In this document: positions 17,562-27,200 of the stretch, piece by piece
Position numbering within the stretch: position 1 is the first letter of the stretch
Layout of the letters: each line of letters begins with the position of its first letter
DNA from: Elusimicrobiota bacterium
Lineage (GTDB): Bacteria; CAYTYR01; UBA6262
DNA: 64,000 nucleotides
NCBI GenBank assembly: GCA_003153935.1
Contig: PMCA01000017.1
Coordinates: forward strand, 72,107 to 136,106
Reading direction: 5' to 3'
Made by a program: the position numbers and the translations under genes
The notes under the pieces: generated by a model
Database searches by the model: none
Seen by the model: only the letters and a program-made list of their open reading frames with translations
Told to the model about the DNA's origin: nothing

Positions 17562-19730
17562 ATGAAATTGTTCAGTTACTGGAAGAAAGACAAAAGAAAA
17601 AACGAGGTCTACGGGCTGATCCTGTTCGCCACCTCGCTGCTGATCATCCTGTCCCTGGTGCCAAGTCCCGGCGGCGGCAATTTTATCGGCCTTTTCGGGC
17701 GACTGGTGGCCAAGTACCTGAAGGATATTTTCGGCCTGTTCGGGGCCTATTTTATACCGGTGATCATGGTTATCTGGGGCTTTGAGAGGATCGAGCAGGA
17801 GGACCAGGAAAAGATGTACCTGCAGATCACCGGCGTGATCCTGCTGCTGCTGTCCAGCTGCACACTGGTCAGCCTCTTCAAGAATGACACCTATTTGCCA
17901 GCCGGCATGTGGGGCGGGTATATCGGGACATTTTTAAGTCTGTTCCTGCGCAAAGCTTTTGGCACCATCGGCGCGGGCATTATCCTGATCACCACCGGCA
18001 TTATAAGTTTTGTCTTAACTACTGAATTTTCCCTGGCGGAACTGCTTAATACTATCAAGAGCAAGATCGAAGATATGCGGGAAAACCGCCCGATAGTGAA
18101 GAAAAGCACTATCGCCGATATGATCAAGAAGCCGGTAAAGAAGGCTAAGGAACTGCCGGAGATAAAAGTTACCGAAAGACCGGCGAAACCCCTGATTAAT
18201 TTCGGTTCCCGCCATAATGATAAACACGATAACCCCGCGCGGGAAATCAAAGCTGAGACCAAGGCTACCCCGGCCGGGAAAAACCGGCCGTTGAACGGCT
18301 TCGAATTGCCGGCTATATCCATGCTGGATGAAAGAGTTAAAGGGAAATCGCAAATGAGCGAACAGGAACTGCAGGCCAACGCTTCCCTGCTGCAGCAAAC
18401 CCTGGCTAATTTCGGTATCGAGGCGCAGGTAGTGGAAGTGCACCCGGGGCCGGTCATCACCCGGTACGATCTGCAGCCGTCCAGCGGGGTTAAGGTCAAC
18501 CGGATCACCGCCCTGGAAAATGACATCGCCCTGGCCCTGCATGCTTCTACCGTGCGCATCCTGGCGCCCATACCGGGCAAAGGCGCGGTGGGTATAGAAG
18601 TGCCCAATACTAAATCGGAGATGGTCAGCCTGCGCGAGATCTTCGAAACCGACGAATTCCAAAAAGCGGAAGGTAAACTGTTGATGGCGTTGGGCAAAAC
18701 CGTCAGCGGTCAGACTATGGTGGCCAATATGCAGGAGATGCCGCACCTACTGATCGCCGGCGCCACTGGTTCCGGCAAGAGCGTCTGCATTAACACTTTG
18801 ATAACCAGTATTCTTTATAAAGCTACTCCTGACGAAGCCCGGTTCCTGATGATCGATCCCAAGATGATCGAGCTGCCGGTTTATAACGGCATACCTCATT
18901 TATTGGCTCCGGTCATTACCAATGTCAAACAAGCGGCCGGCGCGTTAAGGGGCATGGTAGTGGAGATGGAGCGCCGTTACAAGATACTGGCCGGCTCGCG
19001 GGCCCGCAACATCGACGCCCATAACAAAATGCCCAACGCGGAAAAAATGCCTTATATAATCGTGGTCATAGATGAGTTAGCAGACTTGATGATCCTGCAA
19101 ACCAACGTTGAGGTTGAGGACGCCATCGCCCGCCTGGCCCAGATGGCCAGGGCGGTCGGCATACATTTGATCCTGGCCACCCAGCGGCCGTCGGTGGACG
19201 TGATCACCGGAGTGATCAAGGCCAATTTCCCGGCCCGGATTGCTTTCCAGGTATTAAGCAAGATCGATTCCCGTATTATCCTGGACAGCGGCGGCGCGGA
19301 GGACCTGGTAGGGCGCGGCGACATGCTGTTCCTGCCGCCGGGAGCGCCCAAGCCGACCCGTTTGCAGGGAGCCTACGTCAGTGACGGCGAAGTGAACCGG
19401 ATAGTGGAATTTCTTGGCAAACAAGCTAAACCCGAATACAAAGAGGAAATATTACAATCCGCGCAGAACGTGGACCTGGAGAATAAACGACTGGAGAAAG
19501 ACGACCGTTTCGTGGAAGCGGTCAAGTTGATAGTCAACACCCGGCAAGCGTCCATCTCGCTTTTACAGAGACGGCTGGGCATAGGATATAATCACGCCGG
19601 ACGGATCATTGACCAGATGGAGCAGGAAGGGATAGTTGGCCCGGCGGACGGGACCAAGCCGCGGGAAGTGTTGATCGATGATAAATATTTGCAGGATATG
19701 GAGAAAAGCGAAAATGCGCCGCCACTTTAA
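17562..19730 (+). CDS. ftsK: DNA translocase FtsK/SpoIIIE
   Basis: N-terminal TM segments, a linker, a motor domain with Walker A GATGSGKS, and a C-terminal gamma wHTH domain. Confidence 0.9.
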   Translation: MKLFSYWKKDKRKNEVYGLILFATSLLIILSLVPSPGGGNFIGLFGRLVAKYLKDIFGLFGAYFIPVIMVIWGFERIEQEDQEKMYLQITGVILLLLSSCTLVSLFKNDTYLPAGMWGGYIGTFLSLFLRKAFGTIGAGIILITTGIISFVLTTEFSLAELLNTIKSKIEDMRENRPIVKKSTIADMIKKPVKKAKELPEIKVTERPAKPLINFGSRHNDKHDNPAREIKAETKATPAGKNRPLNGFELPAISMLDERVKGKSQMSEQELQANASLLQQTLANFGIEAQVVEVHPGPVITRYDLQPSSGVKVNRITALENDIALALHASTVRILAPIPGKGAVGIEVPNTKSEMVSLREIFETDEFQKAEGKLLMALGKTVSGQTMVANMQEMPHLLIAGATGSGKSVCINTLITSILYKATPDEARFLMIDPKMIELPVYNGIPHLLAPVITNVKQAAGALRGMVVEMERRYKILAGSRARNIDAHNKMPNAEKMPYIIVVIDELADLMILQTNVEVEDAIARLAQMARAVGIHLILATQRPSVDVITGVIKANFPARIAFQVLSKIDSRIILDSGGAEDLVGRGDMLFLPPGAPKPTRLQGAYVSDGEVNRIVEFLGKQAKPEYKEEILQSAQNVDLENKRLEKDDRFVEAVKLIVNTRQASISLLQRRLGIGYNHAGRIIDQMEQEGIVGPADGTKPREVLIDDKYLQDMEKSENAPPL

Positions 19731-20343
19731 AATATTTATTTCCAGTTTTTTAATCATTATTTTTGCCGCCGGCAATATTATGGCAGCCGCACTCACCACC
19801 CAGGAGATCCTGGCCAAAATGCAGGCGCAGGAAGCCACCTTGCAGGACCTGCAGTTCGACCTGCGCCAGGAGATCAGGTTCAAGGAATTAAAAGAAAGAC
19901 AGACGGTTCTGGCCAAAGTTATTTACAAGAAACCTGACCTGCTGTACGTGGAATATAAGGCTCCCAACGAGCAACTGGTGCTGGCTAACAAGGACAATAT
20001 GATCATGTATGCCAAAGAAAAAGGGCAGTGGCAGGAGACCATGCACCAGAAGATATCCAACCTGGTAGGTAAACAGTGGAAGGCCGATTACGGCGTCTGG
20101 ACCACTACGGACCTGGAAAAGAATTATGAAGTCAAGTCTGCCGTCCAGGGGGCGAATACGGTAGTCCTGAAACTGGCACCCAAGGAAAAAACCTATAATT
20201 TCACCATGAGCATCGTGATCAATACCAAAAACTGGCTGCCGGTGAAAACCTTGTGGGAGGATGATAACCAGGTCATCACCACCAACCTGCAGAATATCAA
20301 GGTCAATACCGGCGTATCCGACGAACTATTCAAGTTTAAATAA
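19714..20343 (+). CDS. LolA-like outer-membrane lipoprotein carrier / sorting protein
   Basis: Signal peptide, then an approximately 200-aa beta-rich domain resembling the LolA/LppX fold. Internal start at 19714 chosen to minimise overlap with ftsK. Confidence 0.5.
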   Translation: MRRHFKIFISSFLIIIFAAGNIMAAALTTQEILAKMQAQEATLQDLQFDLRQEIRFKELKERQTVLAKVIYKKPDLLYVEYKAPNEQLVLANKDNMIMYAKEKGQWQETMHQKISNLVGKQWKADYGVWTTTDLEKNYEVKSAVQGANTVVLKLAPKEKTYNFTMSIVINTKNWLPVKTLWEDDNQVITTNLQNIKVNTGVSDELFKFK

Positions 20344-20367
20344 CCCCAAAGGAAATTAATAACCATA

Positions 20368-20733
20368 ATGGAGCTATTCATCGGCATTACCCTGGCGGAA
20401 GCCAGGAAGCAAAAAAAAATATCGCTTAAGAAGATCTCCCAGGATACCAATATTTCGGTTAAATACCTGCAGGCGCTGGAGGAAGAGAATTTCCGGATCT
20501 TCCCGGCGGAAGTATATTTGAAAGGTTTCCTGAGAAGCTACGGGCAATACCTGAATCTGGATACCGCCCAGCTTTTACAGGCTTATGAACTGCAGCATGG
20601 CCAACCGGCTTCAGGTAATATCATCACTAAAGATAAAACCTTAGCCGCGCCGGCATCCTCCAGACGCTACTGGCTGCTGGCCCTGACCGGCCTGTTATTA
20701 ATAATTTTAGTATTAGTCCTGCATTATCGTTAG
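20368..20733 (+). CDS. RodZ-like HTH (XRE) membrane protein, short form
   Basis: N-terminal HTH followed by the FLRGYLRSY-type motif (FLRSYGQYLNLD) and one TM segment. Lacks the periplasmic domain. Confidence 0.5.
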   Translation: MELFIGITLAEARKQKKISLKKISQDTNISVKYLQALEEENFRIFPAEVYLKGFLRSYGQYLNLDTAQLLQAYELQHGQPASGNIITKDKTLAAPASSRRYWLLALTGLLLIILVLVLHYR

Positions 20734-20750
20734 AAAGCGAAGGTCGCGGA

Positions 20751-22088
20751 GTGAAAGTTGGTTTGCTTAGTTTAGGATGCGCCAAAAATCTGGTCGACGC
20801 CGAATGCCTGCTGGGTTTCCTGCGCAGACACGGTCTTACCCTGACCCGGGATTTAGGACAAGCCGAAGCCGTTATCATTAACACCTGTTCTTTTATTAAA
20901 AGCGCCAAAGAAGAATCTATTGAACATATTCTGCAGATCGCCGCACTGAAACGAAAAGGCCAACTCCGCCGCGTGATAGTCACCGGTTGCCTGGTCCAGG
21001 AGCATGGGTCGGCGCTGGCGGCGGCTCTGCCCGAAGTGGACGCCTTTATCGGGATCGGCGAGCTGGAACCGTTACTGGCCGCGCTTAAGTCTCCCCGGCT
21101 GGAAAAAGACCGGCCGGTAATCTATTACCGGAAAACTCCTGATAATTTGCCTGATCATAACTCTCCGCGGTTGCGTTTGACACCCGCTTACTCAGCTTAC
21201 CTGAAAATTTGCGACGGTTGCGATAACTGCTGCTCGTACTGCCTGATCCCCGGTATCCGGGGCCGGTTGCGCAGCCGGCGACAGGCGGATATAATAGCGG
21301 AAGGCCGCGCCCTGGCAAAAAGCGGGGTCAGGGAAATAAACCTGATCGGCCAGGATATCACCCAATATGGAACGGACCGGTATGGTCATCGTCATTTGGC
21401 CCCGCTATTGCGTGACCTGGTTAAAATAAGAGGGCTTAAGTGGTTGCGATTATTGTACGCTCATCCCGCCCACCTCGACCGTGAAGTTATAAAATTGATC
21501 GCCGCCGAAGAGAAGATCTGCAAATATATTGATCTGCCGCTGCAGCATATTAATGAAGATATTTTAAGGCGGATGAACCGTAAAACCGGACGCGCCCAGA
21601 TCGAGAAGATCATTTCCCTGATACGGCGGGAAATACCGGAAGTGACGCTACGCACCACTTTTATAGTCGGATTTCCCGGAGAGACGGAGCGGCAGTTCAG
21701 GGAGCTCCGTGAATTTATCAGGAATACCCGTTTCGACCGTTTAGGAGTTTTTACTTATTCCCGTGAACCAAATACACCGGCCGCCGCTTTTACCGGTCAG
21801 GTACCGGAAAATGTCAAGCAGGCCCGCTTTAAGGAACTAATGTCGCTGCAGCAGGAATTAGCCTTGGCCCGGAACCGGGAATTGATCGGACAGACGCGGG
21901 AGATATTGATCGAAAAAAAGGCCGGTCCGGGACTGTTTGGCGGCCGCAGCCAGGGGGACGCACCGGATATCGATAATCTGGTCACGGTACGGTCCAGGCG
22001 CGCTCTGCGTCCAGGAGAATTCATTCCGGTTAAAATAACCGAAGTCTTACCTTACGACTTGATCGGAGGAGACCTTGAACCTTGCTAA
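20751..22088 (+). CDS. rimO: ribosomal protein S12 methylthiotransferase RimO (radical SAM MTTase with TRAM domain)
   Basis: N-terminal MTTase domain (LGCAKNLVDAE), radical SAM cluster motif CxxxCxxC (CDNCCSYC) and a C-terminal TRAM domain. Confidence 0.85.
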   Translation: MKVGLLSLGCAKNLVDAECLLGFLRRHGLTLTRDLGQAEAVIINTCSFIKSAKEESIEHILQIAALKRKGQLRRVIVTGCLVQEHGSALAAALPEVDAFIGIGELEPLLAALKSPRLEKDRPVIYYRKTPDNLPDHNSPRLRLTPAYSAYLKICDGCDNCCSYCLIPGIRGRLRSRRQADIIAEGRALAKSGVREINLIGQDITQYGTDRYGHRHLAPLLRDLVKIRGLKWLRLLYAHPAHLDREVIKLIAAEEKICKYIDLPLQHINEDILRRMNRKTGRAQIEKIISLIRREIPEVTLRTTFIVGFPGETERQFRELREFIRNTRFDRLGVFTYSREPNTPAAAFTGQVPENVKQARFKELMSLQQELALARNRELIGQTREILIEKKAGPGLFGGRSQGDAPDIDNLVTVRSRRALRPGEFIPVKITEVLPYDLIGGDLEPC

Positions 22089-22671
22089 CCGTTTAACCAT
22101 ACTGCGCATATTGCTGGTCCCGGTGTTCATGCTGTTCATATTTATTGACCGGACCTCGACCAGGTTTATCGCGCTGTTCATTTTCGTCGGAGCCTCGCTG
22201 ACCGACCTGTGTGACGGCTGGCTGGCGCGGCGACATAACTATATAACCAATTTCGGCAAATTCATGGACCCGTTAGCCGATAAGCTGCTGGTGTCGGCGG
22301 CCCTGATATCTTTCGTGGAATTACGGGAGCTGAATATCCCGGCCTGGATGGTGATCATTATCATCACCCGGGAATTCATCATTACCGGGTTACGGAGTGT
22401 TGCGGCCAGCAAGGGGAAGGTCCTGGCGGCCAGCAAAACCGGAAAATATAAAACCACTTCACAGATGGTCAGCATTTCCATTATTTTGATCATCCTGGTG
22501 CTCAACGCCATGTACAATCAAGGCTATATAAATTTAGCCATGCCAGGGATCGGCTGGTTCAAGCTGACCCGGGCCATCTGTTACTGGCTGCTGGCCCTGA
22601 CCACGCTGTTAACCGCCATATCGGGCGCGAGTTTTATTTACAAGAACTGGAAACTGATAAGTGAAGAATAA
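22075..22671 (+). CDS. pgsA: CDP-diacylglycerol--glycerol-3-phosphate 3-phosphatidyltransferase
   Basis: CDP-alcohol phosphatidyltransferase motif DLCDGWLARRHN...G...DPLADKL. TTG start. Confidence 0.8.
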   Translation: MNLANRLTILRILLVPVFMLFIFIDRTSTRFIALFIFVGASLTDLCDGWLARRHNYITNFGKFMDPLADKLLVSAALISFVELRELNIPAWMVIIIITREFIITGLRSVAASKGKVLAASKTGKYKTTSQMVSISIILIILVLNAMYNQGYINLAMPGIGWFKLTRAICYWLLALTTLLTAISGASFIYKNWKLISEE

Positions 22672-23110
22672 GATCGCGATATTACTCGCTAGCTGTTTTT
22701 ACCTGGGATACCTGCCGCTGGCGCCAGGTACCTTTGGTTCCCTGTTTGGCGTCGGACTGTATTTTCTGGCGTACCGGAGTGAATTTATTTACGGGTTGTC
22801 CCTGGCTGCCTTACTGGTTATAGCGATTTGGAGCGCAGGCCAGGCCGAACTGGCCTTCAATAAAAAGGACGACCAGCGCATTGTCATCGATGAAGCTCTG
22901 GGATTTCTGGTAGCGGTTTTCCTGCTGCCGCACACGGCTCTCTATCTGTGTTTAGGTTTTATCCTGTTCCGCCTGCTGGATATTTTCAAACCGCTGGGTA
23001 TCAGGAAGCTGCAGTATCTGACCGGCGGGCTGGGAGTAGTGGCGGATGATATCGGCGCCGGTTTGCTGACCAATATAATTCTGCAAATAGTTGTCAGGAT
23101 CGTAAGTTAA
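22661..23110 (+). CDS. pgpA: phosphatidylglycerophosphatase A
   Basis: PgpA N-terminal signature ...[19 protein letters not shown]. Confidence 0.75.
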   Translation: MKNKIAILLASCFYLGYLPLAPGTFGSLFGVGLYFLAYRSEFIYGLSLAALLVIAIWSAGQAELAFNKKDDQRIVIDEALGFLVAVFLLPHTALYLCLGFILFRLLDIFKPLGIRKLQYLTGGLGVVADDIGAGLLTNIILQIVVRIVS

Positions 23111-23147
23111 AACGGATATTCATACTTCAAAAGGAGGAGAAAGTTTT

Positions 23148-24164
23148 ATGGCGAAAGAAACAGAAAAGGAAAAAGCTCTTGACCTGGCCATAGCCCAGAT
23201 CGAGAAACAATTTGGCAAAGGTTCAATAATGAAATTAGGCAAGGACGCGCATGTGCCCGTAGAGGTTATTCCTACCGGGTCACTGATGCTGGACTTAGCC
23301 ATTGGCGTCGGTGGCGTGCCGCGCGGCCGGGTGGTCGAGATATTCGGCCCCGAATCCAGCGGTAAGACCACTATCTGCCTGCATATTATCGCCGAAGCCC
23401 AGAAGAAGGGCAGTACCGCCGCTTTTATCGATGTCGAGCACGCTTTGGATCCGGCTTACGCCAAAAGGATCGGCGTTAACACTGAAAACTTGCTGGTCTC
23501 ACAACCGAATACCGGTGAGGAAGCTCTGGAGATCGCTGAGACCCTGGTGCGCAGCGGCGCTTGCGAACTGGTAGTGGTGGACTCCGTCGCCGCCCTGGTG
23601 ACCCGGGCGGAGCTGGAAGGCGATATGGGCGATTCCCACATGGGCGTCCAGGCCCGGCTGATGAGCCAGGCCTTGCGGAAATTGACCAGCGCCATCAGCC
23701 ATACCAAATCCTGCGTGATATTTACGAACCAGCTGCGCGAAAAGATCGGCGTGATGTTCGGCAATCCGGAAGTTACCCCCGGCGGCCGCGCGCTGAAATT
23801 CTACGCGTCATTGCGCCTGGATATCCGGCGTATCGAGAATATCAAGGTCGGCGATGAAGCCATTGGCGCCCGGGTCAGGATAAAAGTGGTCAAGAATAAA
23901 GTAGCGCCTCCTTTCCGGCAGGCGGAATTCGAAATGTTCTATAACGAAGGCATTTCCAAGACCGGTGACCTGCTGGACGCCGCGGTGGAAGAAAAGATCA
24001 TCGATAAGAGCGGCACCTGGTTCGTTTACGGCGATAAGCGTCTGGGCCAGGGCCGGGACAATGCCAAGGCGTATCTGAAAGAGCACCCTGAAGATTTTGC
24101 CGAGATAGAAAAAAAGATTCGGGCTCATTTTACCCCGGACGCGAAACCCCAGAAGGAAGAATAA
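23148..24164 (+). CDS. recA: recombinase RecA
   Basis: Canonical RecA sequence ([19 protein letters not shown], Walker [10 protein letters not shown]) with a strong RBS. Confidence 0.97.
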   Translation: MAKETEKEKALDLAIAQIEKQFGKGSIMKLGKDAHVPVEVIPTGSLMLDLAIGVGGVPRGRVVEIFGPESSGKTTICLHIIAEAQKKGSTAAFIDVEHALDPAYAKRIGVNTENLLVSQPNTGEEALEIAETLVRSGACELVVVDSVAALVTRAELEGDMGDSHMGVQARLMSQALRKLTSAISHTKSCVIFTNQLREKIGVMFGNPEVTPGGRALKFYASLRLDIRRIENIKVGDEAIGARVRIKVVKNKVAPPFRQAEFEMFYNEGISKTGDLLDAAVEEKIIDKSGTWFVYGDKRLGQGRDNAKAYLKEHPEDFAEIEKKIRAHFTPDAKPQKEE

Positions 24165-24194
24165 AAACCAAGGTTGCCGGGAGGATATAAACCA

Positions 24195-24776
24195 ATGCCG
24201 GGCCCCAATATTAAAATTGAAGTAATGCCGGTCGGCTCGCTGGAAACCAACTGCTATATCGTCTATGAAGAGGATTCCCGTTTGGCGGCCATAATCGACC
24301 CAGGGGAGGAAGAGACCCGGATCCTCGACCGGATCAAAGCCCTGAAACTCTCCGTGCTGTTCATTATCCATACCCACGGGCATTATGACCACACCGGCGC
24401 CAGCGAAGCCCTGCGGCGTGAAACTAAAGCCCGCCTGCTGCTTCACCAGGCGGACCTGGAATTAGTGGAATTTACCCCGGAAGGGTTTTTGCATGACGGT
24501 GAGATCATCCTCCTGGGGAAGATACAATTCAAAGTATTACATACCCCCGGACACACTCCCGGGGGTATTTCTTTAGTCGGTCCGGATTACGTGTTTACTG
24601 GTGACACTTTATTTGCCAGGGCCGTTGGCCGGACGGATCTTACCGGAGGTAATGAGATGGCGCTCTGGCGGAGCATCAGGGAAAAATTATTTACCCTGCC
24701 CGAGGCTTTCATCATCTATCCGGGACATGGACCGGCGTCGACGATCGGCCGGGAAAAGAAAATATGGAAGAGCTGA
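24195..24776 (+). CDS. MBL-fold metallo-hydrolase (glyoxalase II-like)
   Basis: HxHxDH motif (HTHGHYDH) and downstream His/Asp ligands. RBS GGGAGGAT before the ATG at 24195. Confidence 0.75.
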   Translation: MPGPNIKIEVMPVGSLETNCYIVYEEDSRLAAIIDPGEEETRILDRIKALKLSVLFIIHTHGHYDHTGASEALRRETKARLLLHQADLELVEFTPEGFLHDGEIILLGKIQFKVLHTPGHTPGGISLVGPDYVFTGDTLFARAVGRTDLTGGNEMALWRSIREKLFTLPEAFIIYPGHGPASTIGREKKIWKS

Positions 24777-25651
24777 TAGCAAGATATCTCCAATACCTGG
24801 TGGTAGAGAAGGGCTTAAGCGCCAATACGCTCGAGGCCTACGGGCGCGACCTGCGCTACTACGACCAATTTCTCAAAGGCCGGCAGGTCTCTTCTCCCGC
24901 CGCCATAACCGATAAAATGGTCTTTGATTACCTGGTGAGCCGTCGCCAGCAGGACCTGAATGCCGCCAGCCTGGCCCGCATCCTGGTGACGCTCCGTAAC
25001 TATCACCGGTTCCTGGTGCAGGAAAATCTTTGCGCGCACGATCCCACCGAAAACCTGGACGCGCCGAAACTGGGGCACCACCTGCCTAAAACCCTGAGTC
25101 GCGAGGAAGTGGAAAAGCTGATGAACGCTCCGGATATCTCTACCGATCACGGTTTGCGGGACAAAGCTATCCTGGAGCTGATGTACGCCAGCGGCTTGCG
25201 CATCTCCGAGATAATAAATCTCAATGTAGACAATATTGACACCACGGTGGGATATGTCCGCTGCCTGGGCAAGGGCGGCAAAGAAAGAATTGTGCCCGTG
25301 GGCAAGATTGCCCTGGAATTCCTTAAATTATATAAAAACAGCTCCCGGCTCAAGCTGCTGAAAGATTCCCGTAACTCCGCCGGGTTATTTATTTCCCAGC
25401 AGGGCAAGAAGTTTTCGCGGACCGGCTTATGGAAACTGATCAAGAAATACGGCCGCCAGATAGGCGTGGCCAAACTTACGCCGCACCTGTTGCGCCATTC
25501 CTTTGCCACACATCTGCTGGAGCGCGGCGCCGACCTGCGCTCGATCCAGGAAATGCTCGGCCACTCCAGCATCGCTACTACGCAAATCTATACCAGCGTA
25601 GCGAAAGAGGGTTTGAAGAATATCCATAAAAAATATCATCCCAGGGGATAA
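24764..25651 (+). CDS. tyrosine recombinase XerC/XerD family
   Basis: N-terminal SAM-like domain and a catalytic domain with R...HxxR...Y (LRHSFATHLL, IYT). Confidence 0.85.
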   Translation: MEELIARYLQYLVVEKGLSANTLEAYGRDLRYYDQFLKGRQVSSPAAITDKMVFDYLVSRRQQDLNAASLARILVTLRNYHRFLVQENLCAHDPTENLDAPKLGHHLPKTLSREEVEKLMNAPDISTDHGLRDKAILELMYASGLRISEIINLNVDNIDTTVGYVRCLGKGGKERIVPVGKIALEFLKLYKNSSRLKLLKDSRNSAGLFISQQGKKFSRTGLWKLIKKYGRQIGVAKLTPHLLRHSFATHLLERGADLRSIQEMLGHSSIATTQIYTSVAKEGLKNIHKKYHPRG

Positions 25652-25661
25652 TTTAAACTAA

Positions 25662-25934
25662 ATGGACAAAAAAACGTTAAAATTCTGGATCGGGATCGTC
25701 TTACTGACCACTAACCAGGTTTTCGGCTGGGGTGGGATGGCGATATGCGCGGCTCTGGCGCTAAAAACCGGGGAAAAGAAATTTTGGATCACAGCCGGGA
25801 TGGTAATCTATGCTATAAGCTGGGCTATGGCTGGTTTAGGCGTGGTTTTGGCGGGACCCGAGGGTGTGAAGCTAATAAAAGATTTCATCGCTAAAATCAA
25901 AAATGCGTGGCTTAGACGCGGTTCAGGGAAATGA
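25662..25934 (+). CDS. small 2-TM membrane protein, unknown function
   Basis: 90-aa ORF with two hydrophobic helices, co-oriented and tightly spaced with its neighbours. Confidence 0.4.
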   Translation: MDKKTLKFWIGIVLLTTNQVFGWGGMAICAALALKTGEKKFWITAGMVIYAISWAMAGLGVVLAGPEGVKLIKDFIAKIKNAWLRRGSGK

Positions 25935-26542
25935 AGAACCAACAATTGTTATTGAACGATATAGCGGCGGAGATCAAATATTGCCGTAAATGCCGGCTGC
26001 ATGAGGCAGCTTGCCAGGGAGTGCCGGGGGAAGGTGACCCGTCAGCGGATATCCTGTTCATCGGCGAGGCCCCGGGCAAGAACGAGGATCTGAGCGGCCG
26101 GCCTTTCGTGGGCAGCGCCGGGAAATTCCTGGACAGCATGTTAAACGGCATCGGTTTGGCCCGGACCGATGTGTTCATCGCCAACATTGTCAAGCACCGA
26201 CCGCCTAAGAATCGCGCTCCCAAACCGGATGAGATACAGGCCTGCACACCCTACCTGGACAGCCAAATTAAGATAATTAAACCTAAAATAATCATACCGA
26301 TGGGGCAACACGCGACTAATTATATCTTGTCGCGGACCGGGGCTGATTTCCAGAATATATCCGCGGCCCGCGGCAAATTGTACGAGCGCGTTTGGCTTGG
26401 CCGGCAGGTGATAATTATGCCCATCTATCACCCCGCGGCGTCGCTTTATAGCCCGAAATATAAAGCCGCCATAAAAGAAGATTTCCAGAAAATCCAGGCG
26501 CTGATGCAGGAGTGCCAAAGAGAATATAAAGTCAATAAATAG
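25931..26542 (+). CDS. uracil-DNA glycosylase, family 4 (Fe-S cluster type)
   Basis: CRKCRLHEAACQGVPGEGDPSADILFIGEAPG is the family-4 UDG signature. Confidence 0.8.
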   Translation: MKNQQLLLNDIAAEIKYCRKCRLHEAACQGVPGEGDPSADILFIGEAPGKNEDLSGRPFVGSAGKFLDSMLNGIGLARTDVFIANIVKHRPPKNRAPKPDEIQACTPYLDSQIKIIKPKIIIPMGQHATNYILSRTGADFQNISAARGKLYERVWLGRQVIIMPIYHPAASLYSPKYKAAIKEDFQKIQALMQECQREYKVNK

Positions 26543-26582
26543 TAGAAATTAGTCAGAGCCTTTATTCCGGGAGTATGATATT

Positions 26583-27200
26583 ATGAATTTCAGGATGAAA
26601 ATGACCAAAATTATTTCGTTCATAGTGATCTCTGCCGGGATCGCGGTTATCCTGGGTTGGGTCTTTGATATACAGTTACTGAAAAGCTTTTCTCCGCATT
26701 GGGCAACGATGAAATTTACCACCGCCATGGCTTTTGTTTTCAGCGGCTTGACGCTATTCCTTTTGGCACTGGCCGGGGAAGGAAAACAGGAAATAGCGCA
26801 GGTGGGCCTGGCCTTTTCCACTCTGGCTATCATTTTGGTCATGGGAACCATATTCTTTTCTTATGTTTTTGAGGTGCGCACGGGTGTGGAAGACCTTTTT
26901 GTTAAAGAGGCATCCGGAGCGGTAAAAAGCGTGATCCCTGGCCGTCCTTCACTGGTTACCGTGATAAATTTCCTGCTCATAGCTGGCGCCGGCCTTCTGA
27001 CGATGTTCAATCCGCCCCGTCTTAAAATGGGCCTGAAAGGCATCGGGCTGGTCGTCGGCCTGTCAGGCTTATCGGCCCTGGCCGGTTATCTGGGCAATTT
27101 ACCTCTGCTGTATTTTTATATCGCCGGCTTAAGCACGGCCATGGCTATTCACACCGGGATCTTATTTGCAGTAATAGGGGCAGGCTTCCTATGCCTATAA
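26583..27200 (+). CDS. stand-alone polytopic membrane module resembling N-terminal sensor regions of histidine kinases
   Basis: 205 aa, about 6 TM helices. The motif GWVFDIQLLKS..PHWATMKFTTAMAF resembles membrane input modules found N-terminal to PAS/GAF kinases. It is in a different frame from the downstream kinase, with a 10-nt overlap. Confidence 0.45.
   Translation: MNFRMKMTKIISFIVISAGIAVILGWVFDIQLLKSFSPHWATMKFTTAMAFVFSGLTLFLLALAGEGKQEIAQVGLAFSTLAIILVMGTIFFSYVFEVRTGVEDLFVKEASGAVKSVIPGRPSLVTVINFLLIAGAGLLTMFNPPRLKMGLKGIGLVVGLSGLSALAGYLGNLPLLYFYIAGLSTAMAIHTGILFAVIGAGFLCL

Noticed and set aside
17891-18746. Minus-strand ORFs of 268 and 243 aa within ftsK
   Set aside because: They are embedded in and antisense to the well-supported FtsK motor-domain coding sequence (Walker A GATGSGKS on the + strand). 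The antisense translations have no recognisable motifs.
24174-24194. Upstream extension of the MBL-fold hydrolase ORF (MPGGYKP...)
   Set aside because: The in-frame ATG at 24195 is preceded by a good RBS (GGGAGGAT), whereas the longer form would start inside the recA 3' flank without an RBS. The shorter start was adopted.
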